A DNA stretch of 64,000 nt from Polyangiales bacterium (GTDB lineage: Bacteria > Myxococcota_A > Polyangia > Polyangiales > Polyangiaceae): contig JBBRLQ010000020.1 in NCBI GenBank assembly GCA_038231275.1, positions 32,001 to 96,000 on the forward strand, read 5' to 3'. Positions 48,218-58,300 of the stretch are shown in pieces. The notes beneath the pieces were generated by a model, which saw only the letters and a program-made list of their open reading frames with translations, did not search any database and was not told where the DNA came from. The stretch's first letter is position 1; every line of letters starts with the position of its first letter. The translations under genes and the position numbers were made by a program.

Positions 48218-50140
48218 ATGACGGACCCGAAGCGCGATGACGGGGGGCAGGACCGCGCGCTCGCCGAGCACTGGCCTGCGATCCTCGAAGCGCTCCATCT
48301 CGCGAAGATCGGCGTGTGCGTCACGACCATCGAAGCCGGCGTTTCGCGCAACGTGGTGGTGAGCGACGTCGCGGTCGAAATCCTGGGCCACCCGCGAGAG
48401 GCGCTCCTCTCGGGATCGGCGTTCGATTTCATCGTGCCGTCCGAACGGGAGCGGCTGCGCGAGCGACGCGACCGACGCCTGAGCGGCGAGGCGCTCGATC
48501 CCGTGATCGACACGGTCATCGTGGGCGCCGACGGCACCGAGCGGCCCATCACATTCGTCTTGACCGACGTGTCGATCGACGGTGCCCCGGCGCGCGTCTC
48601 GCTGTTCTGGGACATCTCGGCGCGGCGGGATGCGGAGATCGCGCTGCGCTCCAAAGAGGCGCGGCTGCGGCGGCTCTTCGAGTCCGCGCCCGACGGCATC
48701 GTGGTCTCGCGAGAGGGCGTCGTCCTCGAGGCGAACCCCGCGGCGGCGAACATGCTCGGCTTCGCCGCCGCCGAGGAGATGATTGGGACCTCCCTACGCG
48801 CCGTGCTGTCGCCGGTGGACCGCACGGTGATGGCCCAGCGCGTCGCGGCCGCACGCGAGGGGCAGCGATTGGCGCCACACGTGTACGAGGCGCGTCGGCG
48901 CGACGGCGCGCGAATCACTGCCGAGATTACGTCGGTGCCCTACGAGCACGACGGAAAGCCCGCGGTCATGGGCTTCGCGCGCGACGTGACCGAGCGCCTG
49001 CGCCTCCAGGAGCAGCTCATGCAGAGCGAGCGCCTCGCCGCGCTGGGGACACTCGCGGCCGGCGTCGCCCACGAGATCAACAATCCGCTGACCGTGATGG
49101 TGCTGGGCATCCAGGCGCTCGACGCGCGCCTCAAGCGAGCGCTCGCGCGAACGCAGCCAGAGGAGCAGCGCGACCTCTCCGAGCTCATCTCCGAGCTTCG
49201 CGACAGCGTGGATCGCGTGGCCGGCATCGTCGGCGAGCTGCGTACCTTTGGCCGATCCGACGAGCACCCGCCTCGCCCCACCGACATCGCCGCGGTGCTG
49301 GCCTCCGCGGAGCGACTCGCCGCGCACCGCATCCGTCCGGGCGCCGAGGTGTGGCCGCGCTACGACCGCATCCCACTCGTGATGGGGCACGCGCGGCGCC
49401 TCGAGCAGGTGTTCGTCAACCTCCTCTTCAACGCCGCGCAGGCGATGCCCGAGGGACGGCCCGGCAATCGCATCGATCTCCGTGCGAGTGTCGCGGAGGA
49501 CGGGCGCGTGGTGATCGAGGTCACCGACAACGGCACCGGCATGCCCTCCGAGGTGCGGAGCCGCGCGTTCGATCCTTTCTTCACGACCAAGGTCGTGGGC
49601 GAAGGGACCGGGCTCGGTCTATCGATCAGCCACGGCATCGTGACCCGGCTCGGCGGAGAGATCACCATCGAGAGTGAGGTGGGAAAGGGCACCACGGTGC
49701 GCGTGCACCTCCTGGCGGCGACCGCCGGAGAGACAGCGCTCGCGCCGGAGACTTCGCGTCGACGGCCTCTCCCGCGCCTGCGCATGCTCGTCATCGACGA
49801 CGAGCCCGCCCTCGTGTCGTCGCTGCGCGCGCTGCTGACCGACGAGCACGAGATCGTGACGGCGGTGACGGGGAGCGACGCGTGCGTGCTGCTCGACCAG
49901 GGCCCCGCCTTCGACGTCGTGCTCTGTGACCTCATGATGCCGGGAATGACGGGGATGGATGTCCATGCGCGCATGACGGACACGCGGCCCGAGGTGCTTC
50001 CGCGCTTCCTCTTCATGACCGGCGAAGCGTTCACGCCGCGCGCCACGCAGTTCGTCGCGTCGGTGCCGAACAAGGTCCTCCGCAAGCCGTTCTCGATCGA
50101 GGAGCTCATGACGGCCCTCGGCGATCTCGTCGCTTCCTAG
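48218..50140 (+). CDS. Hybrid sensor kinase (PAS, PAS, HisKA, HATPase, REC)
   Basis: LFESAPDGI..EANPAA PAS; AHEINNPL; FDPFFTTK..GTGLGL; LVIDDE..CDLMMP. Confidence 0.93.
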   Translation: MTDPKRDDGGQDRALAEHWPAILEALHLAKIGVCVTTIEAGVSRNVVVSDVAVEILGHPREALLSGSAFDFIVPSERERLRERRDRRLSGEALDPVIDTVIVGADGTERPITFVLTDVSIDGAPARVSLFWDISARRDAEIALRSKEARLRRLFESAPDGIVVSREGVVLEANPAAANMLGFAAAEEMIGTSLRAVLSPVDRTVMAQRVAAAREGQRLAPHVYEARRRDGARITAEITSVPYEHDGKPAVMGFARDVTERLRLQEQLMQSERLAALGTLAAGVAHEINNPLTVMVLGIQALDARLKRALARTQPEEQRDLSELISELRDSVDRVAGIVGELRTFGRSDEHPPRPTDIAAVLASAERLAAHRIRPGAEVWPRYDRIPLVMGHARRLEQVFVNLLFNAAQAMPEGRPGNRIDLRASVAEDGRVVIEVTDNGTGMPSEVRSRAFDPFFTTKVVGEGTGLGLSISHGIVTRLGGEITIESEVGKGTTVRVHLLAATAGETALAPETSRRRPLPRLRMLVIDDEPALVSSLRALLTDEHEIVTAVTGSDACVLLDQGPAFDVVLCDLMMPGMTGMDVHARMTDTRPEVLPRFLFMTGEAFTPRATQFVASVPNKVLRKPFSIEELMTALGDLVAS

Positions 50141-50296
50141 AGCAAGCGTCGTTACTACGTAACGCTTGCTCTAGCCTTCAGGTGGATCGCTCCAGTCGTT
50201 TGCCCGCCACGGTCAAACGACTTCCGCTTTAGTCCTCGCGCGACGGACGCGGCACGTTTCGGCCATTGTTCTCCTCGACGGGGGGAGGAGGATGCC

Positions 50297-52390
50297 ATGG
50301 GACGCCGCGTGCGTTTCTGCGTGGGTGCGTCGGTCTGCGTTGCGGTCGCGATCCTGGGGGCGTGCGTCACGCGCCCGACGGTGTCGAGCAAGCCGAGCAC
50401 GAAGGACGTCGTTCAAATCCCGATCTTGTCGAAGAGGATCTCGAAGATCGATCTCCTCTTCGCGATCGACAACTCCGCATCGATGGGGGACAAGCAGACG
50501 CTCCTCCGAGATGCCGTTCCGGATCTGATCACGCGGCTCCTGGTGCCGCTGTGCGTCGACCCCGACGTGCCTACGACCGTCCTCGGCGCGTCGGTGAACG
50601 GCGCCTGCGACAAGGGGGAGATCGAGTTTCCGCCGCTCACCGATCTTCACGTCGGCGTGGTGAGCTCGTCGCTCGGCGGCCTCGGGTCGGGCGCGTGCGC
50701 TGCGGCGTTCCACGATCCGACGCTCCCGCAGGCCGAGTGGCACAACGACGATCAAGGGCACTTGATCGCGCGAAGCGGCGCGGGCGCGGCGGGCGCGAGG
50801 GCGCTCTTGGCATGGACGCCGGCGGCCGGTGAGCCGAGCACGTTCATCGCGGCGTTCCAGGACCGCGTCAGCGGCGTCGGCGAGTATGGCTGCGGCTTCG
50901 AAGCGCAAGAAGAGAGCTGGTACCGCTTCCTCGTCCAGCCTGATCCCTACGCGACCATCGACACGTCGTCGGGACGCGCCGTCTTCGCCGGCGTCGACGA
51001 GGAGCTGCTCAAGGAGCGGCGCGATTTCTTGCGACCGGACTCGCTCGTCGCGATCGTGCAAATCACCGACGAGAACGAATCGACCGTCGATCCGCGCTCG
51101 CTCGGGGGACGAGGGTTCCGGATGCTCGATCCGGACGGAGGCTCGGCCCCGCGCGCGACGGCGGCGTGCGCGAAAGATCCGAACCTCCCGGCGTGCAGCT
51201 CGTGCGGGTCCGACGAGAACGCCGGGCTACCCGAGTGCGCGACGCGGACCGCGGGCGACGACGTCCCGAACGTGCGCTTTTTCCACATGAAGCAGAGATT
51301 CGGAGTGGACCCGATGTACCCGGTGGCCCGGTACACGCGCGGCCTCGGCGTGGCGCCCGACGCGACGGGGGCGGCGCTCGACGTGCCCAATCGCGCCGGC
51401 ACGAGCTGCACCAATCCGCTCTTCGCGGCGACGCTTCCCAGTGGCGCGAAGGACGATCTCTGCGCGCTCGCGCGAGGCCCACGCGCTCCTGGTCTCGTCT
51501 TCTACGCGGCGATCACCGGCGTCCCGAGAGACCTCCTGCCCGCGACCGGCGTGCCGTCGGTGGACGACTGGACCAAAATGCTCGGCGCGGATCCGCTCCG
51601 GTACGACTTCACGGGCGCCGATCCGCGGATGCTCGAGTCGATCGCCGTGAGGCCGGGCGTGGCCGGCGATCGCGACACCGGTGGTCAAGACTTGCAGTAT
51701 GCATGCACCTTCCCCCTCGCCAAGGCACGCGCGTGCGATGCGAATGACATCGCGTGCGACTGCAAGAACGGCGGCCCCCTCTGCGACCCTGCGAACGGCG
51801 CCGTGCAGGTGCGCGCGAAGGCGTACCCCGGCGTGCGGCACCTCCTCCTCGCGCGCTCGCTCGGACAGAACGGCGTCGTGGCGTCGATCTGTCCGGACGA
51901 CACCACCGACGCGTCGGTGGAGAACGCCCGCTTCGGGTACCGGCCCGCGATGCGATCGATCGCCGAGCGACTCGGCGCAATCCTCGCGGCCCAGTGCCTC
52001 CCGAGGCCGCCGCGCGCCGACGCCTCCGGTCGGGTGCCGTGCTTGGTGCTCGAGGCGATGACCGGCGACGCGATCGGCGACGACGCGTGCGACAGGCCTG
52101 CGCAAGGGCTCACGCGCGCCGATCCCGCCGTGCTCGCCGCGTTTCGTCGCGAGCACGCCGCGGCGCACGAGGATCTCTCGACGGTCGCGCTCTGCGAGAA
52201 GACCCAGCTCGTGGAAGCGGGTGGGGCGCGATGCAGCGACGATCCTCGCGCAGGGTGGTGCTATGCACGCGGGCCTGAGGCCCTCCGCGCGACACGCCAG
52301 AAGTGCCCGGAGGCGATCGTGTTCTCGCGGACGGGACAGCCCGCGTCGGGCCACACGGTCTACCTCCAATGCATCGAGCAAGCGGACTGA
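50297..52390 (+). CDS. Cys-rich VWA-like lipoprotein (myxobacterial family)
   Basis: Lipobox LGAC; MIDAS-like DLLFAIDNSASM; VQITDENE; many Cys. Confidence 0.75.
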   Translation: MGRRVRFCVGASVCVAVAILGACVTRPTVSSKPSTKDVVQIPILSKRISKIDLLFAIDNSASMGDKQTLLRDAVPDLITRLLVPLCVDPDVPTTVLGASVNGACDKGEIEFPPLTDLHVGVVSSSLGGLGSGACAAAFHDPTLPQAEWHNDDQGHLIARSGAGAAGARALLAWTPAAGEPSTFIAAFQDRVSGVGEYGCGFEAQEESWYRFLVQPDPYATIDTSSGRAVFAGVDEELLKERRDFLRPDSLVAIVQITDENESTVDPRSLGGRGFRMLDPDGGSAPRATAACAKDPNLPACSSCGSDENAGLPECATRTAGDDVPNVRFFHMKQRFGVDPMYPVARYTRGLGVAPDATGAALDVPNRAGTSCTNPLFAATLPSGAKDDLCALARGPRAPGLVFYAAITGVPRDLLPATGVPSVDDWTKMLGADPLRYDFTGADPRMLESIAVRPGVAGDRDTGGQDLQYACTFPLAKARACDANDIACDCKNGGPLCDPANGAVQVRAKAYPGVRHLLLARSLGQNGVVASICPDDTTDASVENARFGYRPAMRSIAERLGAILAAQCLPRPPRADASGRVPCLVLEAMTGDAIGDDACDRPAQGLTRADPAVLAAFRREHAAAHEDLSTVALCEKTQLVEAGGARCSDDPRAGWCYARGPEALRATRQKCPEAIVFSRTGQPASGHTVYLQCIEQAD

Positions 52391-52415
52391 GCAGAAGTCG
52401 TTTGAGCGGCGCCGC

Positions 52416-53345
52416 TCACGGGCACGTGCCGACGACCCTGCCCATCCACGTCATCCCAGTGAACGGCCCTTCCCATTTCCCGCCGGGCGCGCCCGTGTAC
52501 TCGCGCACGTTGACGCCCTTCTGCGATATCGAGCAGGACATCGATCCGAACGCGCCGGGGGCTTGGTACATGAAGTACTTGTGCTGCGCGACGAGCCGCA
52601 GCGGCGGGAAGATCTCCGCGCCGCGCCAGGTTTGCGTCGCGCTCGCGCCGTCGAGATCGCCCTGGAAGAGCACGGCCCCGGGCTTGTCGCACGCGGCGTC
52701 GCTGTCGAGGATCGCGACCTTGCCCGGCGTCGTGAAGAGCTCGATGCGCGACGCCGCGACGTCGATTTGCGGAACGTACTCGAATGCCGCGCCGCTCCCG
52801 CCGCAGTTGGTCGCGGGAGGCGAGGTGATGTTCACGCCTTCGCCGCACGCGCCGTAGGAGCTCGTCGCTTGAGGAGACGGATCGCCGGTAAAGGAGCAGG
52901 AGCCCGCGTTGACGATGCACGCGTTCGTGACGTGCCATCGGCCCCCGCCGCCAGCGATCGCCTGGCAGACCGCGGTGCCCACGCCGTTCAGACAAGGAAA
53001 CGTACGACCCTCGCCGATGCGGCTGGGGTTGCTAGGCCCACAGCATCCCCCGCCGCCAGTGCCGCACGTCGCGCCCTCGACCGGATCGGGCTCGGGACCG
53101 CCATAGCAACCAGGCGCCGCGCAGGACCACGTCCCTGATCGGCACGAGCAGAACGAGCACCCGTACGTACACTGGAGCCCCTCGGCGGAGCAACCTCCGG
53201 CCGCCGGGGTCGCGGGGCAGCCGGCGGAGTTGCCGTCGGAGCCGCCGTCCGCCGCGTCGCTCCCGACGCCGACGACCGAGCCACCGCACGACGCCAAAAC
53301 CGGGAGGAGCAGCGGCGCAGAGAAGAGGAGGGCCAGGAGGCGCAT
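52416..53345 (-). CDS. Cys/Gly-rich lipoprotein
   Basis: Lipobox LASC; many Cys in the N-terminal half; beta-rich C-terminal domain. Confidence 0.7.
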   Translation of the reverse strand: MRLLALLFSAPLLLPVLASCGGSVVGVGSDAADGGSDGNSAGCPATPAAGGCSAEGLQCTYGCSFCSCRSGTWSCAAPGCYGGPEPDPVEGATCGTGGGGCCGPSNPSRIGEGRTFPCLNGVGTAVCQAIAGGGGRWHVTNACIVNAGSCSFTGDPSPQATSSYGACGEGVNITSPPATNCGGSGAAFEYVPQIDVAASRIELFTTPGKVAILDSDAACDKPGAVLFQGDLDGASATQTWRGAEIFPPLRLVAQHKYFMYQAPGAFGSMSCSISQKGVNVREYTGAPGGKWEGPFTGMTWMGRVVGTCP

Positions 53346-53358
53346 GCCGCTCCCAAGG

Positions 53359-53373
53359 GCAAGCGCCGTTCCA
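53359..53373 (-). promoter_or_regulatory. sigma54-type promoter
   Basis: TGGAACGGCGCTTGC, near consensus, 13 nt before the ATG at 53345. Confidence 0.65.
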
Positions 53374-53458
53374 GCAGTGTTCTAGCCGCGATCAGCCTGC
53401 TTATTCGCTATTTTGCGTCGTCAGCGCTGTGTCGACGTGTGCCGGGGCGGCTCTGCGG

Positions 53459-54340
53459 TCAGGCCGCGCGCTTCTCGGGCATCGGCGCACGCGCGAGGTG
53501 AACGTCCATCTGCGGGAACGCGATCACGATCCTCTTCTCGCGGAACGCGCGCAGGATGCTCTCGCGAAGCATCGAGCAGTGTCGTCGATGGCCCCACGGA
53601 TCGTGCATCCAGACCGAGACCTCGTAGACGAGCGCGGAGTCGGCGAAGGCGTTCAAGAGCACCAGCGGCGCGTACTCGAGATCGCCCCCTTTGTGCGTCT
53701 TCGCGACCTCTTCGAGGGTCGCGCGGACGAGGGCGGGATCCGAGTCGTAGGCGACGCCGACCGAGACGGCGACGCGGATGAGCGAGTCGTGCAGCGTGAG
53801 GTTTTTGATTGGCTGCTGCACGAGCACGCCGTTGGGGACGAGGATGTCCTCCTCGAAGAGCGTGCGTACTCGGGTCGCCCGGATGCCGAGGTTCATCACG
53901 CGGCAATACTGGCCGTCGATCTCGATGATGTCGTCGATCTTGATCGACTGCTCGACGAGCAAAATGATGCCCGACACGAAGTTCACGGCGACGCCCTGGA
54001 GCGCGAGGCCGATGCCCACGGCGAAGACGGCGGTGGCGGCGATGACGGCGCGAAGATCGATGCCGGCGGTCTCGAGGGCGACGATGACGGCGACGACCAT
54101 GAGGACGTAGCCGATGAGGCGCTCGATCGAGCGCATGCGACGCCCCTCGGCGATCCCGCGTCGTACGAGCGCGCGGTGCATGACGTACCGGAGGACGCGC
54201 GACGCGCCGAACGCGCAGGCGAGGATGAGTCCGATCGCCAGGAGCGTCGCGGGCGTGACCGGACGACCACCCAGCTCGAAGAGCCTGAACCCAAGGACTT
54301 CCCACACCATGCCCTTCACGATCGGGATCGTCGCACCCAT
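53459..54340 (-). CDS. mscS: Small-conductance mechanosensitive channel
   Basis: VGIGLALQ..NFVSGIILL; RATRVRT..ILVPN; VGVAYDSD; IAFPQMDVH. Confidence 0.9.
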   Translation of the reverse strand: MGATIPIVKGMVWEVLGFRLFELGGRPVTPATLLAIGLILACAFGASRVLRYVMHRALVRRGIAEGRRMRSIERLIGYVLMVVAVIVALETAGIDLRAVIAATAVFAVGIGLALQGVAVNFVSGIILLVEQSIKIDDIIEIDGQYCRVMNLGIRATRVRTLFEEDILVPNGVLVQQPIKNLTLHDSLIRVAVSVGVAYDSDPALVRATLEEVAKTHKGGDLEYAPLVLLNAFADSALVYEVSVWMHDPWGHRRHCSMLRESILRAFREKRIVIAFPQMDVHLARAPMPEKRAA

Positions 54341-54424
54341 GGGCGGCGCGGCTCAAATTCCTGGAGATCCGACGCCCACGCACGCCCCTCGCTTGGGGCC
54401 GCTGGGCACGATATAAACGCGCAC

Positions 54425-55372
54425 ATGGCGCGCAGGCCCGTAGCGATCATCGGTGGAGGCTCATGGGGGCTGGCGCTCGCGGCTGCGGCGTCGCGCACGG
54501 GGGAGACGATGCTCCACTCGCGCCGGGCGCTCAACGGCAGCCTCCCCAAGGGCGTGACGCAGGCCCGGGATTTTCGGGAGATCGGCAAGGAGGCGCGCAC
54601 CATCCTGCTCGCCGTGCCGTCCGAGATCGCGCGCGTCGTGCTCCGCGAGCTCGGCGATCACCTCGACGGGCGTCACTTCGTCGTCCATGGCGTCCGCGGC
54701 CTCGCCGGCAACTCCATGACGCGAATCAGCGAGGTCGTCCGCGAAGAGACCCCGGTTCGCCGCGTCGGCGCGGTCGGCGGCCCTGCGCTCGCGGAGGATC
54801 TGCTCGCCGGACGGCCGAGCGTGATGGTCTGCGGCTCGCATTTCCCCGAGGTGAGCACGGCGCTCCGCGAGGCGCTGGGCTGCAACACGCTGCGCCTCTA
54901 CACGACCGACGATCTCGTCGGGCTCGAGTGGGCGAGCGCGCTCGTGGGCTGCCTCGCGATCGGCGTCGGCTACGCGCAGGCGCTGGGCCTGAGCCCGGGG
55001 CTCGTCGCCGCGTACATCTCGCGATCGGTCACCGAGGCGTCGAAGATCGCGGCCGCGGCAGGGGGCGACGAGCGAACCCTCCTCGGGCTCGCCGGCTACG
55101 GCGACTTGCTCGCGTGCGCGGGGCAGACCGAGCGCCCCGAGGTCCTCGTCGGCCGTGCGCTCGCGCAGGGCACCCCGCTCGTCGAGGCGATGCGCGGGAT
55201 CAAGACGCGGATCGAGGCCGTCGACCTCATCCCGCGCGTCGCGGCGTTCGCGGAGTCGAGCAAGGTCAGCTGCCCGATCTTCCATTCGCTGCGCGACGGC
55301 GTGCTCGCCGCGAAGGCCACCGAGGACATCGTCCAGACGCTGATGACCGCGCCGATCGAAGATCGCGGCTGA
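54425..55372 (+). CDS. gpsA: NAD(P)H-dependent glycerol-3-phosphate dehydrogenase-like protein with degenerate active site
   Basis: IIGGGSWG Rossmann motif, LAVPS, GPALA, GLAGYGDL; the catalytic KN and SRN motifs are absent. Confidence 0.75.
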   Translation: MARRPVAIIGGGSWGLALAAAASRTGETMLHSRRALNGSLPKGVTQARDFREIGKEARTILLAVPSEIARVVLRELGDHLDGRHFVVHGVRGLAGNSMTRISEVVREETPVRRVGAVGGPALAEDLLAGRPSVMVCGSHFPEVSTALREALGCNTLRLYTTDDLVGLEWASALVGCLAIGVGYAQALGLSPGLVAAYISRSVTEASKIAAAAGGDERTLLGLAGYGDLLACAGQTERPEVLVGRALAQGTPLVEAMRGIKTRIEAVDLIPRVAAFAESSKVSCPIFHSLRDGVLAAKATEDIVQTLMTAPIEDRG

Positions 55373-55395
55373 TCTCCGGCCGCGCGCCCCATCCC

Positions 55396-58300
55396 ATGCG
55401 TCCCGTCACGCTCCGCACGCGCATCCTCGTCCGCGAGCTCGCCAGCGGCGAGGTGCTGGCCATCCCGGTCTGCGATCCCGCGCACGCCAGCTTCGGCGGC
55501 GAAGAGGACGCGCTGCTCGAGCAGTCGATGTTCCTCTCCGAGCACCTCGCGCGCGCGAGGCCGGAGACCGTCGCGCGCTTCGCCATACCGGAGGGCACAC
55601 GTTTGCATATTACACGCGTCCTCGTCCCCCGCGAGGAGCTGCCGCACGCCGTCGCGGTCACCCAGCCGATCGAAATCCCGAGTGTCGTCATCCCGTCCAC
55701 CGCGCGCGCGAAGAGCGACGCATGGGTGGTGATCGTGCCGCTCGACTACACGTTCTTCGTCCCCGCGGGCGAGGACCTGGACGAGGCCGTGAAGAGCGAG
55801 GTGCTCCGCCTCGTCGCCGCGGAGGAGGCGGGCGCGACGCACTACCTCGGCCTCTTGCCGGGCGTTCACGATCGCCTCGAGCCGCTCGACGTGAGGATCG
55901 ATCGCTCGTCCGACGGACCGGCGGGGCGCGCGGCGTCCCATCGCAAGGCGATCGCGCAGCGCGAGAAGCGCAAGCACGCGGTGCTCGTCCTCGAGTCGGT
56001 CGCGACGCCGCTGCATCAAGACGAGGCGCGCGCGCGGCCGATGCTCGGACGCGACGCCGACGCCAAGCTCCTCGCGGGCATTCTGGGCGGCGACGAGCGG
56101 CAGAGCGTGGTCCTGGTCGGCGAGCCGAAGGTCGGCAAGACGGCGCTCTTTCGCGCGTGGCTCGCCGCCGAAGTGGAGGCCGGACGTCCGCGCCTCGTGT
56201 ACGCGACGAGCGGCGCGCAGCTCATCGCGGGAATGAGCGGCCTCGGGCAGTGGCAAGAGCGCGTTCGCCGCGTGATGGACGCCGCGCACACGCTCGACGC
56301 CATCCTCTACTTCGACGATCTCGCCGATCTCTTCAGCGAGCGGGCGCACGGGATCGATCTCGGCGGCGCGATGAAGCCGTGGTTGGAGGAGGGCAGAGTG
56401 CGCCTCGTCGGCGAGCTCGCCAAAGATCGCGCGGAGGTGGTCGAGAGCCGCCACGTCGGCTTCTTCTCGTGCACCAGCCGCATTCGCCTCGAGCCGATGT
56501 CTCCGGTGCAGGCCCTCGTGGCCCTCCGCGCGCACGCCGCGGCCGACGGCAAGCACGAGCCGCACGCCGTTCAGGTCGCCGACGACGCGCTCGTCGCGAT
56601 TTGCGATCTCGCCGAGCGGTACCTCCCCTACGAAGCGTTCCCCGGAAAGGCGGCGCGCTTGTACGACGATCTGCGCGCGAGCCAAGAGCTCGGGAGGAGC
56701 CGCGCAGAGGGTGCACCGGCGCCCCGACTCTCGGCCGGCGACGTGTTCGATTGGTTCAGCGTGCGCACCGGCGTGCCGCCGTTCCTCCTCCGCGACGACG
56801 CGGCGCTCCGGCAGGAGTGGATCGCCGCGCATTTCGATCGACGCTTGATCGGGCAAGATGACGCGAAGGCGCGCGTGCGAGGCACCATCGCCGTCGTGAA
56901 GGCGGGGCTCCAGCCCGCGGGAAAGCCGCTCGCGACGTTCCTCTTCGTGGGCCCCACCGGCGTCGGCAAGACGGAGCTCGCGCGCGCGACGGCGGAGCTG
57001 CTCTTCGGCCACGCCGATCGCCTGGTTCGCTTCGACATGAGCGAGTACACCGACCCGTGGGCGGCCGAGCGCCTGATCCGCGGCACCGAGCGCGGCGACG
57101 GTCTCCTCACGCGAAAAGTGCGCGAGCAGCCGTTCTCGGTCGTGCTCCTCGACGAGATCGAGAAGGCCCACCCCGCGGTGTTCGATCTGCTCCTCCAGGT
57201 GTGCGGCGAAGGGCGCCTCACCGACGGGCGCGGAAAGACCGCGTACTTTCACAACACGATCCTCATCATGACGAGCAACCTCGGCGCCGCGCACCGCAGA
57301 GGCGCGGTCGGCTTCGAGGGGACCGGCGCGTCCGACGACGGGTACTACGTGAAGGAGGTCGAGAAGACGTTCCGGCCGGAGATGGTCAACCGGATTGATC
57401 GCATCGTCGCGTTCCGGACCCTCACGCGCGACGAGATCCGCGCGGTCACGCGCCTCACGGTGGAGCGCGTGCGCACGCGGCGCGGGCTCGCCCAGGGCGC
57501 TTTGGAGCTCGTCGTCTCCGACGCCGCCCTCGCGCACCTCGCGGAGCGCGGCTTCAGCGACGCGTACGGCGCGCGGGCGCTGCGGAGGCACGTCGAGGAT
57601 CACCTCACCACCCCGGTCGCGCGCCTCCTCACGAGCCTGACCCACGGCGGCGGCCGCGACATCGTCGACGTGCGAACGGCCGACGAGCCCGAGTACGAAG
57701 GCACCTCGAACCTCGTCACGCGCGCGTCGTCGGGCGGCCTCGTCTTCTCGCTCCTCGGCAAGCCGCGCGGCCTCACGGCGCCGATGACCAGCGTCTGGGC
57801 CCTCTCCGAATTGCGGCGCGAGCTCCAGAAGTACATGCGCCTCGACCGCGTGACCGAGCTCAAGGCGCAGCTCGAGTTCGTGATCGCGCAGCTCAGCTAC
57901 GGGGAGCCGGGGAAGAAGAAGAAGGGGTCGGAGCTCGCGCGCGCCGGCTCGGAGGTCGGCCGCCTCTCCTCCGAGCACCACAAGCTCCACGAGGTGTGGT
58001 CGGCGCTCGAGGGCGCGTACACGGATCTCCAGAGCGCCGAGGAGCTGGGCTTCGCGGCCTTCTTCGCGGGCGAGCGCTTCGACGCGCTCCTCGAGGAGGC
58101 GCACGCGATCAAGGCGCGCTTCCGCGCGGGGCTCCTCCAGGCGCTCACGTGCCGCGATCCGAAGCGCTTCGGCGTGACGCTGCTCCTCCAGGAGCTCGAC
58201 GACGGCCGCGCGTTCGACGCCTGGCTCGCGCCGCTCCTCGACGCGTGCGACGCGCGAGGCTGGGAGCTGGAGCTTCACGTCGACGCGAACACCAAGGAGG

